The notes: generated from the sequence alone by a model not told the origin. Counted from the stretch's first letter, positions 22,085-35,107 are shown. The stretch is 64,000 bases of DNA from Trichormus sp. ATA11-4-KO1 (GCA_019358915.1 JAHHIM010000005.1:32001-96000); one strand, 5' to 3'. Numbers and translations: made by a program.

Positions 22085-23590
22085 ATGCACTTACTTGATC
22101 TTTTAGCCGGAGAAAACAATCATCCATCTTTGGGCACACCGGATCAACCGACTCTCACCTATCAGCAACTACGAGAAAATATAATTTCCTTGGTTTCCCA
22201 GTTAAACAGCTTTGGTTTGGGTCGAGGAGACAGAATCGCCATTGCGATGGCTAACGGTTCGCCGATGGCAATTACATTTCTTGCAGCTGCTATGTGTGGT
22301 GGTACTGCTGCACCCCTCAATCCCAAATACAAGCAAGATGAATTTGCTTTTTACTACGAAGACTTGCAAGCCAAAGCATTAATTACCTTACCGGGAACTC
22401 AAGAGGCGGCTATAGCAGCGACTACACCCGATATGCTGTTAATCAACGCCGTAACGAATTCTGACGGCACATTAAGGTTAGAATTGCACCGAGGGACTCC
22501 TCAACAGCCAAAAAATCCTCATTTTTCCTTCCCGAATGCTGATGATGTGGCAATTATTCTGCATACCAGTGGTACCACCAGCCGCCCTAAACGAGTTCCC
22601 ATTCGACACCGTAATTTGATCGCTTCTGCCCACAATATCATCGGTGTCTATAACCTCACAGCCAACGACATTAATTTATGTCTCATGCCGTTGTTTCACA
22701 TTCATGGATTAGTGGGATGTCTGCTGGCAACTTTAGCATCAGGAGGGACATTCATCTGTCCTAGTGGGTTTAATGCGTTGGAATTTTGGAAATTAGTTGA
22801 ACAGTACAAACCGACTTGGTACTCTGCTGCACCCACTATGCACCAAATGATTCTCGCTAGAGCCAGTCGTAATCAAGATATTATCAAAGCTAATACATTC
22901 CGCTTCATTCGTTCTAGTAGCGCGCCTCTACCACCAGTAATTATTGAACAAATGGAATCAGTTCTGAATGCACCAGTGGTGGAATCTTACAGTATGACTG
23001 AAGCTGCACACATGATGACTTCTAATCCCTTACCGCCCCAAGTGCGTAAACCAGGTAGTGTCGGCTATGGTTTTGGGGTAGAAGTGGGAATTATGGATGA
23101 GGATGGCAATTTGCTTCCGCAAGGTAGTCTCGGTGAAGTAGTAGTGAAGGGAGCAAATGTTGTTGATGGCTACGAAAATAACCCCCAGGCCAACACCACA
23201 GCTTTTGTTAACGGCTGGTTTCGGACTGGTGATCAAGGTAAGTTAGATGCAGATGGTTATCTTTACCTCACAGGCAGAATTAAAGAACTAATTAATCGCG
23301 GTGGTGAAAAAATATCGCCTTTGGAAGTAGATAATTTGTTGCTGCGTCATCCTGCTGTGGCTGAAGCTTTAGCGTTTGCTGTACCTCACAAATCCCTAGG
23401 GGAAGAAATTCATGCTGCTGTTGTCCTCCAGGGTAAAACTAATGAACAAGAGTTAAAATCTTACTGCTCAAATCTCTTGGCAGAGTTCAAAGTACCTAAG
23501 CAAATTCATATTTTAGAAGCATTACCCCGTGGCGCTACTGGGAAATTACAACGGCTGAATATGGCGAAGTTATTGAATTTGGGGAAATAG
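22085..23590 (+). CDS. Acyl-CoA synthetase, oxalate--CoA ligase-like (AAE3/Pcs60 type)
   Basis: LHTSGTTSRPKRVP, MPLFHIHGL, RFIRSSSAPL, YSMTEAAHMMTSNPLPP, KELINRGGEKISP. Confidence 0.85.
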   Translation: MHLLDLLAGENNHPSLGTPDQPTLTYQQLRENIISLVSQLNSFGLGRGDRIAIAMANGSPMAITFLAAAMCGGTAAPLNPKYKQDEFAFYYEDLQAKALITLPGTQEAAIAATTPDMLLINAVTNSDGTLRLELHRGTPQQPKNPHFSFPNADDVAIILHTSGTTSRPKRVPIRHRNLIASAHNIIGVYNLTANDINLCLMPLFHIHGLVGCLLATLASGGTFICPSGFNALEFWKLVEQYKPTWYSAAPTMHQMILARASRNQDIIKANTFRFIRSSSAPLPPVIIEQMESVLNAPVVESYSMTEAAHMMTSNPLPPQVRKPGSVGYGFGVEVGIMDEDGNLLPQGSLGEVVVKGANVVDGYENNPQANTTAFVNGWFRTGDQGKLDADGYLYLTGRIKELINRGGEKISPLEVDNLLLRHPAVAEALAFAVPHKSLGEEIHAAVVLQGKTNEQELKSYCSNLLAEFKVPKQIHILEALPRGATGKLQRLNMAKLLNLGK

Positions 23591-23618
23591 GTACTAGGGA
23601 CTGGGAATTACGAATTAT

Positions 23619-24605
23619 ATGAAAATTTGTATTGTAGGTGCAGGTGCTATCGGCGGTTATTTGGGGGGTAAACTTTCCCTGGCTGGAGAGGACGTGACTT
23701 TAATTGCTCGTGGTCAGCATTTGCAGGCTATTCAAAGCAAGGGACTGGAGCTAATTATGGCAGATGGGTCAAGTCAAGTGGTGACTCCATCTCTGGCGAC
23801 TAGTGATATCACTGAGGCTGGTGTGCAAGATGTGGTAGTTCTGGCTGTGAAGGCTCAGAGTTTACCTGCGATCGCTCCTTTGTTATCATCGCTTTACAAC
23901 CCCCATACAATGGTTGTCACTGCCCAAAATGGTATTCCTTGGTGGTATTTCTACAAACATGGTGGTGAATATGCAGGACAGCAAATTCATGCTGTTGACC
24001 CAGATAATACAATTGCTGCTCATATTGGAGTAAATCGGGTAATTGGTTGTGTAATTTACCCAGCGACAACCTTGACAGACCCTGGAGTCATTCGACATAT
24101 TGAAGGCGATCGCTTTAGTTTGGGAGAAATCGACAACTCCAAAACTGAACGCATTCAACAACTTGCCCAAAGCTTCAAATGTGCAGGATTTAAAGCCCCC
24201 ATCAGGACTCAAATTCGTACAGAAATTTGGATCAAGCTCTGGGGAAACTTAGCATTTAATCCTATTAGCGCCTTGACTCGCGCCACTTTAGAGCAAATTT
24301 GTCAGTATCCCTTAACCCGCAACCTGGCAAAGCAGATGATGACTGAAGCCCAAATGATTGCTGAGAAACTGGGCATTGAATTTGGCATCTCTTTAGAACA
24401 GCGTATCAATGGAGCAGAAAAAGTTGGCGCTCACAAAACCTCTATGCTGCAAGATATCGAAGCAGGTCGTCCTACAGAAGTGGAAGCTATTCTAGGGGCA
24501 GTAATTGAACTAGGCAGATTAACTCAGATTCCTACGCCTTACATGGATACAGTCTATGCTAATGTCAAGTTATTAGAAAATATATTGGTGAAAATCGGCG
24601 AATAG
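23619..24605 (+). CDS. Ketopantoate reductase family protein (PanE/ApbA; PanE2-like subgroup)
   Basis: GAGAIGG Rossmann motif, QNGIPWWYF, WIKLWGNLAFNPISALT, KTSMLQDIEAGRPTE. Confidence 0.88.
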   Translation: MKICIVGAGAIGGYLGGKLSLAGEDVTLIARGQHLQAIQSKGLELIMADGSSQVVTPSLATSDITEAGVQDVVVLAVKAQSLPAIAPLLSSLYNPHTMVVTAQNGIPWWYFYKHGGEYAGQQIHAVDPDNTIAAHIGVNRVIGCVIYPATTLTDPGVIRHIEGDRFSLGEIDNSKTERIQQLAQSFKCAGFKAPIRTQIRTEIWIKLWGNLAFNPISALTRATLEQICQYPLTRNLAKQMMTEAQMIAEKLGIEFGISLEQRINGAEKVGAHKTSMLQDIEAGRPTEVEAILGAVIELGRLTQIPTPYMDTVYANVKLLENILVKIGE

Positions 24606-24948
24606 CACAATCCAAAAAATTTCGCAAGTAAAAAAACTCTATCCCCACGTCCAACTCCCTAACGCCACATGGCAGTAACTCTGAACTATTAATAAAATAT
24701 ATGGGTTTTTCGCGCTATTCTTGGTTTATATTTACCGGAAGGTGGCACAAATAACCACTCATTCTCAAATACCAGGGGACAGCGCCAGACTATCTCTGCA
24801 ATTGATACTTTGTACCACTATCACGAGACGTGAGTGAGGACGAGGTTGATATTAAAACAAATACTTTTTGCTGAATTGCCACAGATAAGGACTAAACTAA
24901 AAAGTCTTGTGCAGCAAAACCTGTAACTTTAAAAGAAATGAAGTAATC

Positions 24949-26529
24949 ATGTCTAAGGTTCTCGTCTCCGATCCTATTGACCAAGCTGGAATTGACATTC
25001 TCTCCCAAGTTGCCACTGTAGATGTCAAAACAGGTCTAAAACCAGCAGAACTGATAGAAATTATCGGTGATTATGACGCACTGATGATTCGTTCTGGTAC
25101 GCGCGTTACACAAGAAATTATTGATGCTGGCACTCAGTTAAAAATTATTGGTCGTGCCGGTGTAGGTGTGGATAATGTGGATGTTCCCGCAGCCACTCGC
25201 CGAGGAATTGTTGTTGTCAATTCACCAGAAGGTAACACCATCGCCGCCGCCGAACACGCTTTGGCAATGATGTTGTCCTTATCTCGTCACATCCCTGATG
25301 CTAACGCTTCAGTCAAACGCGGTGAGTGGGATCGCAAAAGCTTTGTGGGTGCGGAAGTCTATAAAAAAACTTTGGGAATTGTTGGCTTAGGTAAAATTGG
25401 CTCCCACGTTGCTACTGTGGCGAAAGCAATGGGGATGAAATTACTAGCTTACGATCCCTTTATTTCCACAGAACGAGCAGAACAAATTGGCTGTCAGTTA
25501 GTAGATATGGATTTACTAATGCAGCAAGCAGACTATATTACACTGCACATCCCTAAAACTCCAGAGACTACCCACTTAATCAACGCCACCTCCCTGGCAA
25601 AAATGAAACCCACAGCCAGGATTATTAACTGCGCTCGTGGTGGCATTATTGATGAAGCAGCGTTAGCAGCAGCGATTAAAGAAGGTAAAATTCTGGGTGC
25701 AGCTTTAGATGTGTTCGAGTCAGAACCACTAGGCGAATCTGATTTGCGATCACTCGGTAAAGAAGTCATCCTCACCCCGCATTTGGGAGCCTCAACAACA
25801 GAAGCTCAAGTGAATGTAGCCATTGACGTAGCTGAACAAATTCGCGATGTCATCTTAGGATTACCCGCACGTTCAGCCGTCAATATTCCTGGACTCGGCC
25901 CTGACGTGCTAGAAGAACTCAAACCCTACATGCAACTAGCCGAAACCTTGGGTAAGTTAGTAGGACAGTTAGCAGGGGGACGAGTCGAATTACTCAACGT
26001 CCGACTACAAGGTGACTTGGCAACCAACAAAAGTCAACCTTTAGTGGTAGCATCTCTCAAAGGACTACTTTACCAAGCCCTACGGGAAAGAGTAAATTAT
26101 GTCAACGCCAGCATAGAAGCGAAAGAACGGGGAATCAGGGTAATTGAAACCCGCGACGCCTCAGCCCGTGACTACGCCGGCTCACTGCACCTAGAAGCTA
26201 CAGGTACTTTAGGTACTCACTCTGTCACAGGTGCTTTGTTAGGCGATAAAGAAATTCACCTTACCGACGTTGACGGTTTCCCCATTAACGTCCCCCCCAG
26301 CAAATATATGCTGTTTACCCTGCACCGGGATATGCCAGGAATTATTGGCAAACTCGGTTCCTTGCTCGGCAGTTTTAATGTCAACATTGCCAGTATGCAG
26401 GTAGGCCGTAAAATTGTCCGTGGCGATGCAGTCATGGCTTTGAGTATCGATGACCCCTTACCCGATGGCATTTTGGCTGAAATTACCAAAGTACCGGGAA
26501 TTCGAGATGCGTACACAGTAACTCTGTAA
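24949..26529 (+). CDS. serA: D-3-phosphoglycerate dehydrogenase
   Basis: MSKVLVSDPI, GRAGVGVDNVD, TPHLGASTTEAQ, C-terminal ASB and ACT domains. Confidence 0.97.
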   Translation: MSKVLVSDPIDQAGIDILSQVATVDVKTGLKPAELIEIIGDYDALMIRSGTRVTQEIIDAGTQLKIIGRAGVGVDNVDVPAATRRGIVVVNSPEGNTIAAAEHALAMMLSLSRHIPDANASVKRGEWDRKSFVGAEVYKKTLGIVGLGKIGSHVATVAKAMGMKLLAYDPFISTERAEQIGCQLVDMDLLMQQADYITLHIPKTPETTHLINATSLAKMKPTARIINCARGGIIDEAALAAAIKEGKILGAALDVFESEPLGESDLRSLGKEVILTPHLGASTTEAQVNVAIDVAEQIRDVILGLPARSAVNIPGLGPDVLEELKPYMQLAETLGKLVGQLAGGRVELLNVRLQGDLATNKSQPLVVASLKGLLYQALRERVNYVNASIEAKERGIRVIETRDASARDYAGSLHLEATGTLGTHSVTGALLGDKEIHLTDVDGFPINVPPSKYMLFTLHRDMPGIIGKLGSLLGSFNVNIASMQVGRKIVRGDAVMALSIDDPLPDGILAEITKVPGIRDAYTVTL

Positions 26530-26594
26530 AATGAAAAATTAAAGATTAAAAATGAAAATTGTCTTCATTTTTAATTTTTAATTTTTAATTACTT

Positions 26595-27515
26595 ATGGCA
26601 AACACCTGGTGGGAATTACAGATTTTATGTGAACCAGCGCTAGAAGATTCTGTCTTTTGGCGACTGGAAGATTTTGGCAGTCGTGGTACAGCGAGTGAAA
26701 CTAAAGGTAACTCCTGTTTAGTAAAAGCTTACCTGCCGAGATTTCAAGCACAGCTACTAGATTTGGCGGCGCTGTCGTTGTGGTTGCGTCAAGATGCCCT
26801 TTGTGTAGGATTATCCGTTCCTACCCTGCACTGGGGATTAATTGATGAAGAAGATTGGTCTACTAGCTGGAAACAGTACTGGAAACCTGAAGAAATAGGC
26901 GATCGCTTCCTGATTAACCCTGCATGGCTACCCTTACCAGAAGCATCAGAACGGTTGGTAATCCGTCTTGATCCCGGTGTAGCATTTGGTACAGGGAATC
27001 ATGCCACAACCCAATTGTGTTTGGCATCTTTAGAAATGCGGCTGAGTGAATTACCTCAATCTTTTGCTGGTACAGGTAACAAACACGAACCTCTAATAAT
27101 TGCGGATATTGGTTGTGGTTCCGGTATACTTTCCGTTGGTGCTGTATTACTAGGGGCAGAGAAAGTCTATGCAGTCGATACTGACCCCTTAGCCGTACAA
27201 TCGACCTTTAGCAATCGCGCTTTGAACGATATTAGTCCAGAACGCCTGATCCCAGCAGAAGGCAGTGTAGATATTTTAACGAAACTGGTAAAAAAACCAG
27301 TAGATGGTATCGTCTGCAATATTTTAGCTGACGTGATTATTCAGTTAATTCCCGAAATGAGTGCGATCGCTAAACCCAGTACTTGGGCAATTTTTAGCGG
27401 GATTTTACTAGAACAATCCAAAGCTGTTGCTGATGCGCTAGAACAAAATGGTTGGGTGGTTGCTACCCTCTGGAAACGGAAAGAATGGTGTTGCTTGAAT
27501 GCGCGGCGTTCTTAA
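26595..27515 (+). CDS. prmA: Ribosomal protein L11 methyltransferase
   Basis: [29 protein letters not shown]. Confidence 0.96.
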   Translation: MANTWWELQILCEPALEDSVFWRLEDFGSRGTASETKGNSCLVKAYLPRFQAQLLDLAALSLWLRQDALCVGLSVPTLHWGLIDEEDWSTSWKQYWKPEEIGDRFLINPAWLPLPEASERLVIRLDPGVAFGTGNHATTQLCLASLEMRLSELPQSFAGTGNKHEPLIIADIGCGSGILSVGAVLLGAEKVYAVDTDPLAVQSTFSNRALNDISPERLIPAEGSVDILTKLVKKPVDGIVCNILADVIIQLIPEMSAIAKPSTWAIFSGILLEQSKAVADALEQNGWVVATLWKRKEWCCLNARRS

Positions 27516-27638
27516 GTATAAATTGCATAATCAATTTGTGTATCTCAATTCTCCTAATAACTTATGCCTGCAAAAATATCGAAAGAACAATATTTTTGTT
27601 AACAATAATTGACAAAAACAATAGATAAATGATAATAC

Positions 27639-27872
27639 TTTGAAATTGTAGAAAAGGATGATCAAAGGACATTTGCTGATGCACAATCATCTCGAAGATA
27701 TACTCTTATTAATACTTTTATTATTTTAATATTTTTTACATTTTTAACAACTTTTTTAGTCAATAAAGATGTAGAAATTTATAGAGAGTTACTAAAACTA
27801 CTAATTAAATTTGCGGGAGGGTTAGGGAGCGGCTTCGGCCTTAAAGGTTATTTAGACAGGAAAAACCAGTAG
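27639..27872 (+). pseudogene. AT-rich 3' remnant of a small membrane-protein gene
   Basis: A 77-codon open frame with no start (FEIVEKDDQR..TLINTFIILIFFTFLTTFLV..LLIKFAGGLGSGFGLKGYLDRKNQ*) preceded by in-frame stops. Confidence 0.45.
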
Positions 27873-27995
27873 CTTCATCTGAAAAATCCGAAAAAGAATA
27901 TGGAAGGCTCTCATGTAGATAATGATGAGAGCAAAATTTAATCTCTACATTATCGCGACAAAGTTAAGAGAACCTCCCAAATTAGTATTGGTAGT

Positions 27996-28313
27996 TTAAA
28001 TGAAATTTTGCAGATGTTGCACCAATTGAGGTGCTTGCATCACGCCTTCAATTTTATCCACAGGCTGACCCTGCTTAAACAGTACTAATGTTGGCAGGGC
28101 GGCAATTTGGTATTGACTTGCTAATTCAGCATACTTTTCCGTGTCAATCTTAACAATTCGCAAACGGTCTTTCAATTGGGCGTTAACTTGTTCTAAAATC
28201 GGCACCATCATCTGACAAGGGCCACACCAATCAGCATAGAAATCTACTAAAACAGGCACATCTGAACCAGATAACATCTCTTCAAAGCTATTGAATTGTT
28301 TTTTTGTAGTCAT
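27996..28313 (-). CDS. Thioredoxin (probably y-type)
   Basis: VLVDFYADWCGPC; ATG at 28313. Confidence 0.95.
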   Translation of the reverse strand: MTTKKQFNSFEEMLSGSDVPVLVDFYADWCGPCQMMVPILEQVNAQLKDRLRIVKIDTEKYAELASQYQIAALPTLVLFKQGQPVDKIEGVMQAPQLVQHLQNFI

Positions 28314-28523
28314 GTGACACACACCAATTTACTGTTGATTGCTTTCAATGGTAATGCGTGCCTCAAAGAATCGGTGTAACATCATTTTGTTTTTATTGTT
28401 GCCTCATTTTGCACCTGATCCCAAAGGTATAGATGTCTGATGAACAGACAAATTACTTAAATTCTAGACACAAATCACCATAAGATCATGAGCGCGGTAA
28501 TTTGCAATCTTGAGGAAAATTAA

Positions 28524-29267
<744 letters not shown>

Positions 29268-29307
29268 TTCGTAATTAGTAGTTCGTAATTCGTAATTGAG
29301 CTAGTAA

Positions 29308-30390
29308 TTACGAATTATGAAAGTTTCTTCTCCAGACAGTGAAGCCTAAAAGAAAGATGATGCTGATGGCAGTGGCGATAATCACCATCCCAGTCATCCC
29401 TTGTATTCTCATGGCCAGCAAATTAAAAACTAAAGTGATTGCCCAAAGGGTTAATGCGGCATGAGGCTGGGAAAATCCCCAAGCGAGTAAACGGTGGTGT
29501 AGATGGTCTTTACCGGGGGTACTGAGAGGGTTTTTACCTGCCAATAATCTGCGGACAAACACTTGTGTCGTGTCCAGCACTGGCAACAATAAGAACAACA
29601 CCGTGGGGCCAAGGGCAAAGATTGTACTTTCTTGCAGGTTACCTAAAATACTGGTTGCAGCCAGCACATAACCAAAAAAGTATGCTCCAGCATCACCCAT
29701 GATGATTCGTGAGGGGTGGAAGTTATGGCGCAAAAAGCCTAACGCACCACCCCCTAAAGCTGCCAGCACTAAAATAGCTGCTGCTCGATTGGGAAATTGG
29801 GCAGCTACCCCTAACAAACTCATAGCAGTAATAAAACTGACTCCCCCCGCTAATCCATCCATACCATCCATCAAGTTGATGGCATTGGTGATCCCTACTA
29901 CCCAAAGTACAGTCACCGACATTGACAGCAGCGAGTCAATAGGTGTATTAAAACCAACCTCGATGCTGATGCCATTAGCAAACAGCAACAATGCCGTGAC
30001 AATTTGTGCCCACAACCGAACAGAGGGGGGTAAACCGAACTGATCATCGATAAAACCGACAAGCACTAGGATGGAACCTCCTAGTAGAATAGTTAGCACC
30101 TGAGCTAACACGTTTTGCAGGGCGATAGGTCGCAAAAGGCTAGCTAGTACCATTGCGGCAATTACTCCCGCATAGATAGCTAGACCCCCTGCATTTGGCA
30201 AAGGTTCTCGATTGAGTCTGCGTGCATTTGGTTGGTCAGCCCAACCTACACGCAGGGCGAATTTGCGGACTGTGGGAATTAAACGCCACGTTACCAGCCA
30301 AGCTAAGAGAAACGTGCCTACTACTGCCAACCAGCCGGTGCCGCTAGGGTCGGCAATGCCGAGGGACTTAAGGAAGTTGTCTAGGTTCAT
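29308..30390 (-). CDS. MraY/WecA family undecaprenyl-phosphate GlcNAc-1-P transferase
   Basis: GFIDD, NAINLMDGMDGLA, IMGDAGA, HLHHRL; multi-TM. Confidence 0.92.
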   Translation of the reverse strand: MNLDNFLKSLGIADPSGTGWLAVVGTFLLAWLVTWRLIPTVRKFALRVGWADQPNARRLNREPLPNAGGLAIYAGVIAAMVLASLLRPIALQNVLAQVLTILLGGSILVLVGFIDDQFGLPPSVRLWAQIVTALLLFANGISIEVGFNTPIDSLLSMSVTVLWVVGITNAINLMDGMDGLAGGVSFITAMSLLGVAAQFPNRAAAILVLAALGGGALGFLRHNFHPSRIIMGDAGAYFFGYVLAATSILGNLQESTIFALGPTVLFLLLPVLDTTQVFVRRLLAGKNPLSTPGKDHLHHRLLAWGFSQPHAALTLWAITLVFNLLAMRIQGMTGMVIIATAISIIFLLGFTVWRRNFHNS

Positions 30391-30487
30391 CCCTCAATTC
30401 AACCATTACTGCCAGTCTCCTATATGAGGATCAACTGTATATTAATCAATTTTTTTTATTTACATTTATAATCTGAGCTTAGGGTGA

Positions 30488-30514
30488 TTAGCACTCTTGT
30501 CCTGTGAGTGCTAA
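30488..30514 (+). promoter_or_regulatory. CIRCE element (HrcA operator)
   Basis: Perfect TTAGCACTC-N9-GAGTGCTAA directly upstream of groEL. Confidence 0.97.
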
Positions 30515-30543
30515 ATTGTCTAATGGAAGCGCTAGAGAGATGA

Positions 30544-32226
<1,683 letters not shown>

Positions 32227-32255
32227 TCTCTGCTTCCTCATGTAAATATTTTGTC

Positions 32256-32290
32256 AGCAGTTTGCCGTCACTAGGCAAACTGTTTTTTTA
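32256..32290 (+). terminator. groEL terminator
   Basis: CAGTTTGCC...GGCAAACTG stem followed by a T-run. Confidence 0.8.
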
Positions 32291-32435
32291 TACCCTTGCT
32301 GACTCAAAGAGCATGAAGTGATCTGATAACCGCTTGCATACTGATGTTATCTTTGACAAATCTAGGTCATCTATAAAATGACATCTGGATATTAAATATT
32401 GTAAAATTTTTGACAATAGACCAAATAGATACAGT

Positions 32436-32532
32436 TATAGCAGTCCTAAATGAGTCACGAACCAAAAGATCCCCGATTTCTTCAAGAAGTCGGGGATCTA
32501 AGCCTCTCGTCAAATCAAATAGGATTGCTATA
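32436..32532. mobile_element. MITE with TATAGCA(G/A)TCCTA terminal inverted repeats and an internal palindrome
   Basis: Left TATAGCAGTCCTAAATGA, right TCAAATAGGATTGCTATA; inner AGATCCCCGATTTCTT-C-AAGAAGTCGGGGATCT at 32467-32499. Confidence 0.8.
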
Positions 32533-32615
32533 CTTTTCTCACATTAAGGAGCAAAAGTCTCAAATTAAAAGTTTTTGACCCTTGACTAATAACTATTAAG
32601 TATTAGGAAAAAATC

Positions 32616-33764
32616 ATGGTAAGAAAACTTCGCCGTATACCCAAAGCAGTGAAGAAGTTCTACAAAAAGGAATTTTATCACCAACCAGGAAATTTGCCAG
32701 GGACTATCATCGTTGATGAAAATGCTGAAGCTCCCATAATTTTTTTGTTTGACTATAACCCAAATAACTTCATTCGTAAACAAATAGAAACCCCTGAGGA
32801 ATGTAGCACTTATCTGGATCAGGAATCTGTCTCTTGGGTAGATGTACAAGGATTAGGAAATCAAGACATATTACAACGATTGGGTAAAGTTTTTGATTTG
32901 CATCCTCTAGTTTTAGAAGATGTAGTCAATATGGGAGAACGCCCCAAAGTTGAAGAATATGAAGACCAATTACTCATAATTGCTCACATGGTAGTGCCAA
33001 TGGAAAAAAACTGTGGGTTTTACAGCGAGCAAGTGAGTTTTGTTTTGGGGAAACATTATCTGCTCACAGTGCAGGAAGAACCAGAACATGATTGCTTTGA
33101 AGGCGTGAGGTTACGAATTGATAGAGGTAAAGGTATCATTCGCAAACAGGGGGCTGATTATTTAGCTTATGCTTTGTTAGATGCAATCATTGATGGTTTT
33201 TTCCCAGTTTTAGAAATGTACGGGGAGCGACTGGAAGAATTAGAAGAGGAAGTAATACTCAACCCTACCCGAAAAACACTACAACAAATCTATCAAATTA
33301 GACGAGAACTTCTGCAACTACGTCGTGCTATCTGGCCTCAGAGAAATGCCATTAATTCTTTAATTCGAGATGGCAGTGAACTAATAGGAGCGGAAGTGCA
33401 AATTTACCTGCGAGATTGTTACGACCATGCAGTGCAAGTAATGGATATGGTAGAAAATTACCGGGAACTAGTATCTGGATTAATGGATGTTTATTTATCG
33501 GCAGTGAGTAACAAAATGAATGAAATCATGAAGCTGCTAACAGTAGTTTCTTCGATTTTTATTCCCTTAACTTTTGTGGCGGGAATCTATGGGATGAATT
33601 TCAATACCGAAAAATCTCCATATAATATGCCTGAACTGAATTGGTATTGGGGTTACCCAATTTGCTTGGCAGTAATGGCAGCGATCGCCTTGGGTTTGCT
33701 ATTCTTTTTCTGGCGACGTGGCTGGCTGAAAAATTCTTCCATGATTAAGCAAGACGGGAAATAG
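32616..33764 (+). CDS. corA: Magnesium/cobalt transporter CorA
   Basis: YGMNF signature, MPELNW, two C-terminal TM helices. Confidence 0.96.
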   Translation: MVRKLRRIPKAVKKFYKKEFYHQPGNLPGTIIVDENAEAPIIFLFDYNPNNFIRKQIETPEECSTYLDQESVSWVDVQGLGNQDILQRLGKVFDLHPLVLEDVVNMGERPKVEEYEDQLLIIAHMVVPMEKNCGFYSEQVSFVLGKHYLLTVQEEPEHDCFEGVRLRIDRGKGIIRKQGADYLAYALLDAIIDGFFPVLEMYGERLEELEEEVILNPTRKTLQQIYQIRRELLQLRRAIWPQRNAINSLIRDGSELIGAEVQIYLRDCYDHAVQVMDMVENYRELVSGLMDVYLSAVSNKMNEIMKLLTVVSSIFIPLTFVAGIYGMNFNTEKSPYNMPELNWYWGYPICLAVMAAIALGLLFFFWRRGWLKNSSMIKQDGK

Positions 33765-33814
33765 CTAATGAGTCACATATACAAAATTATTCCAGGGAGT
33801 TAATATTCTGATTT

Positions 33815-34519
33815 ATGAGGAACGGCGACCAAAATTTAGTTATTTTGACCCTTTATATTATTGGCGTTGCTTACGTCTTTAACCGGATGGTTGAATCTAT
33901 TGATGATCAAGTTAAGTTTGAGTTTAAAAAAGATGTTGTTGATGAACAACTCAAAGAACAAAATCTCCAAGACAAAATTGGGATTTCTTTTAAATTCAAA
34001 TCCTCATATCCTGTAGACGACCTCAAAGATTTATCGCTGAGTATTGAAAATAAGTCTGAGAACATTGCTATATATGTTGACTGGGACAATAGCTCTTTAG
34101 TCGTCGAACATAGCAAGCAATCACGCCGAGTTATTCGTAAATCACCTGATTTAACCCGTGACTTAGCTGTACCCCAAAGTCCTAGCCTGATTGCTCCCCA
34201 GAAAACCCTTTCAGAGACAGTAACAGCAGAAGATGTTTTTGTACGTGATGCCGTAGCTGGAACTTACTCAGCCACAAAACCCATAATTGATATTACTGGG
34301 CTAGGCAAAGCTGGCCCACCACAAAAAAAGTTATATAACGACTTTATGAATGAAAAAAAGGAGTTAGCATTTTCACTACAACTAGTGCTACGTATCTCTG
34401 AAGTACGTGTAGGTCTAGCTCCAGGTGTAAATATCCCGCCAATGTGCATTATCAATTGTCCCTTCACCATCAGAAAATTACCTTGGACTTACGCCCTACC
34501 TTGGAATAAAAAGAAGTAA
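33815..34519 (+). CDS. Hypothetical protein with N-terminal membrane anchor
   Basis: 234-aa ORF co-oriented after corA; no motif recognised. Confidence 0.75.
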   Translation: MRNGDQNLVILTLYIIGVAYVFNRMVESIDDQVKFEFKKDVVDEQLKEQNLQDKIGISFKFKSSYPVDDLKDLSLSIENKSENIAIYVDWDNSSLVVEHSKQSRRVIRKSPDLTRDLAVPQSPSLIAPQKTLSETVTAEDVFVRDAVAGTYSATKPIIDITGLGKAGPPQKKLYNDFMNEKKELAFSLQLVLRISEVRVGLAPGVNIPPMCIINCPFTIRKLPWTYALPWNKKK

Positions 34520-34562
34520 TCCGCACCGGACACATAATGCCATCCCAGATTACACTGGAGTT

Positions 34563-35014
34563 AGGGAGAGAGTAGGCGCAGGCAGTTGCAGATCAGTCAT
34601 GCGACTGGTTTGAGGAAAGTCCGGGCTCCCGAAAGACCAAACTTGCTGGATAACGTCCAGTGCGAGCGATCGTGAGGATAGTGCCACAGAAAGATACCGC
34701 CAAAGTCAGTGCTGAGCAATGAGTGCTGAGCACTGAGTTGTCTTTACTCAGCACTCAGCACTCAGCACTCAAAACTATTTTGGTAAGGGTGCAAAGGTGC
34801 GGTAAGAGCGCACCAGCACGACCGAGAGGTCGTGGCTCGGTAAACCCCGGTTGGGAGCAAGGCGAAAGGAGACTATGGTTGGTCTTTTACCAGTTTCCTA
34901 AAGTAGAGCCGCTAGAGGCGTTTGGTAACAAACGTCCCAGATAGATAACTGCCCTCAAAGGTGCTTTTAAACACTTTTGAGAACAGAACCCGGCTTATGT
35001 CCGACTCTCTCCCC
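34563..35014 (+). ncRNA. rnpB: RNase P RNA (class A)
   Basis: GAGGAAAGTCCGGGCT, AGTGCCACAGAAA, GGTAAACCCC, ACAGAACCCGGCTTA; P1 pairing GGGAGAGAG/CTCTCTCCC. Confidence 0.98.
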
Positions 35015-35041
35015 TCTTTTTAGTGCTGAGTGCGCTTCTTG

Positions 35042-35061
35042 CCCTGAGCGAAGTCGAAGGG
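35042..35061. repeat. Small palindromic dispersed repeat inside an STRR
   Basis: CCCTGAGCGAAGTCGAAGGG flanked by AGTGCTGAG units. Confidence 0.6.
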
Positions 35062-35107
35062 GAGTGCTGAGTAGTTAATTCTCTAGTCCCCAGTCCCCAC
35101 CTCCTTG

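Noticed and set aside
24700..24850. Possible ZTP or glycine riboswitch upstream of serA
   Set aside because: GGTGG..CCAC is present, but the other conserved elements and the pseudoknot could not be found.
34723..34944. 73-aa ORF beginning MLSTELSLLSTQHSAL
   Set aside because: It lies inside rnpB and is translated STRR sequence.
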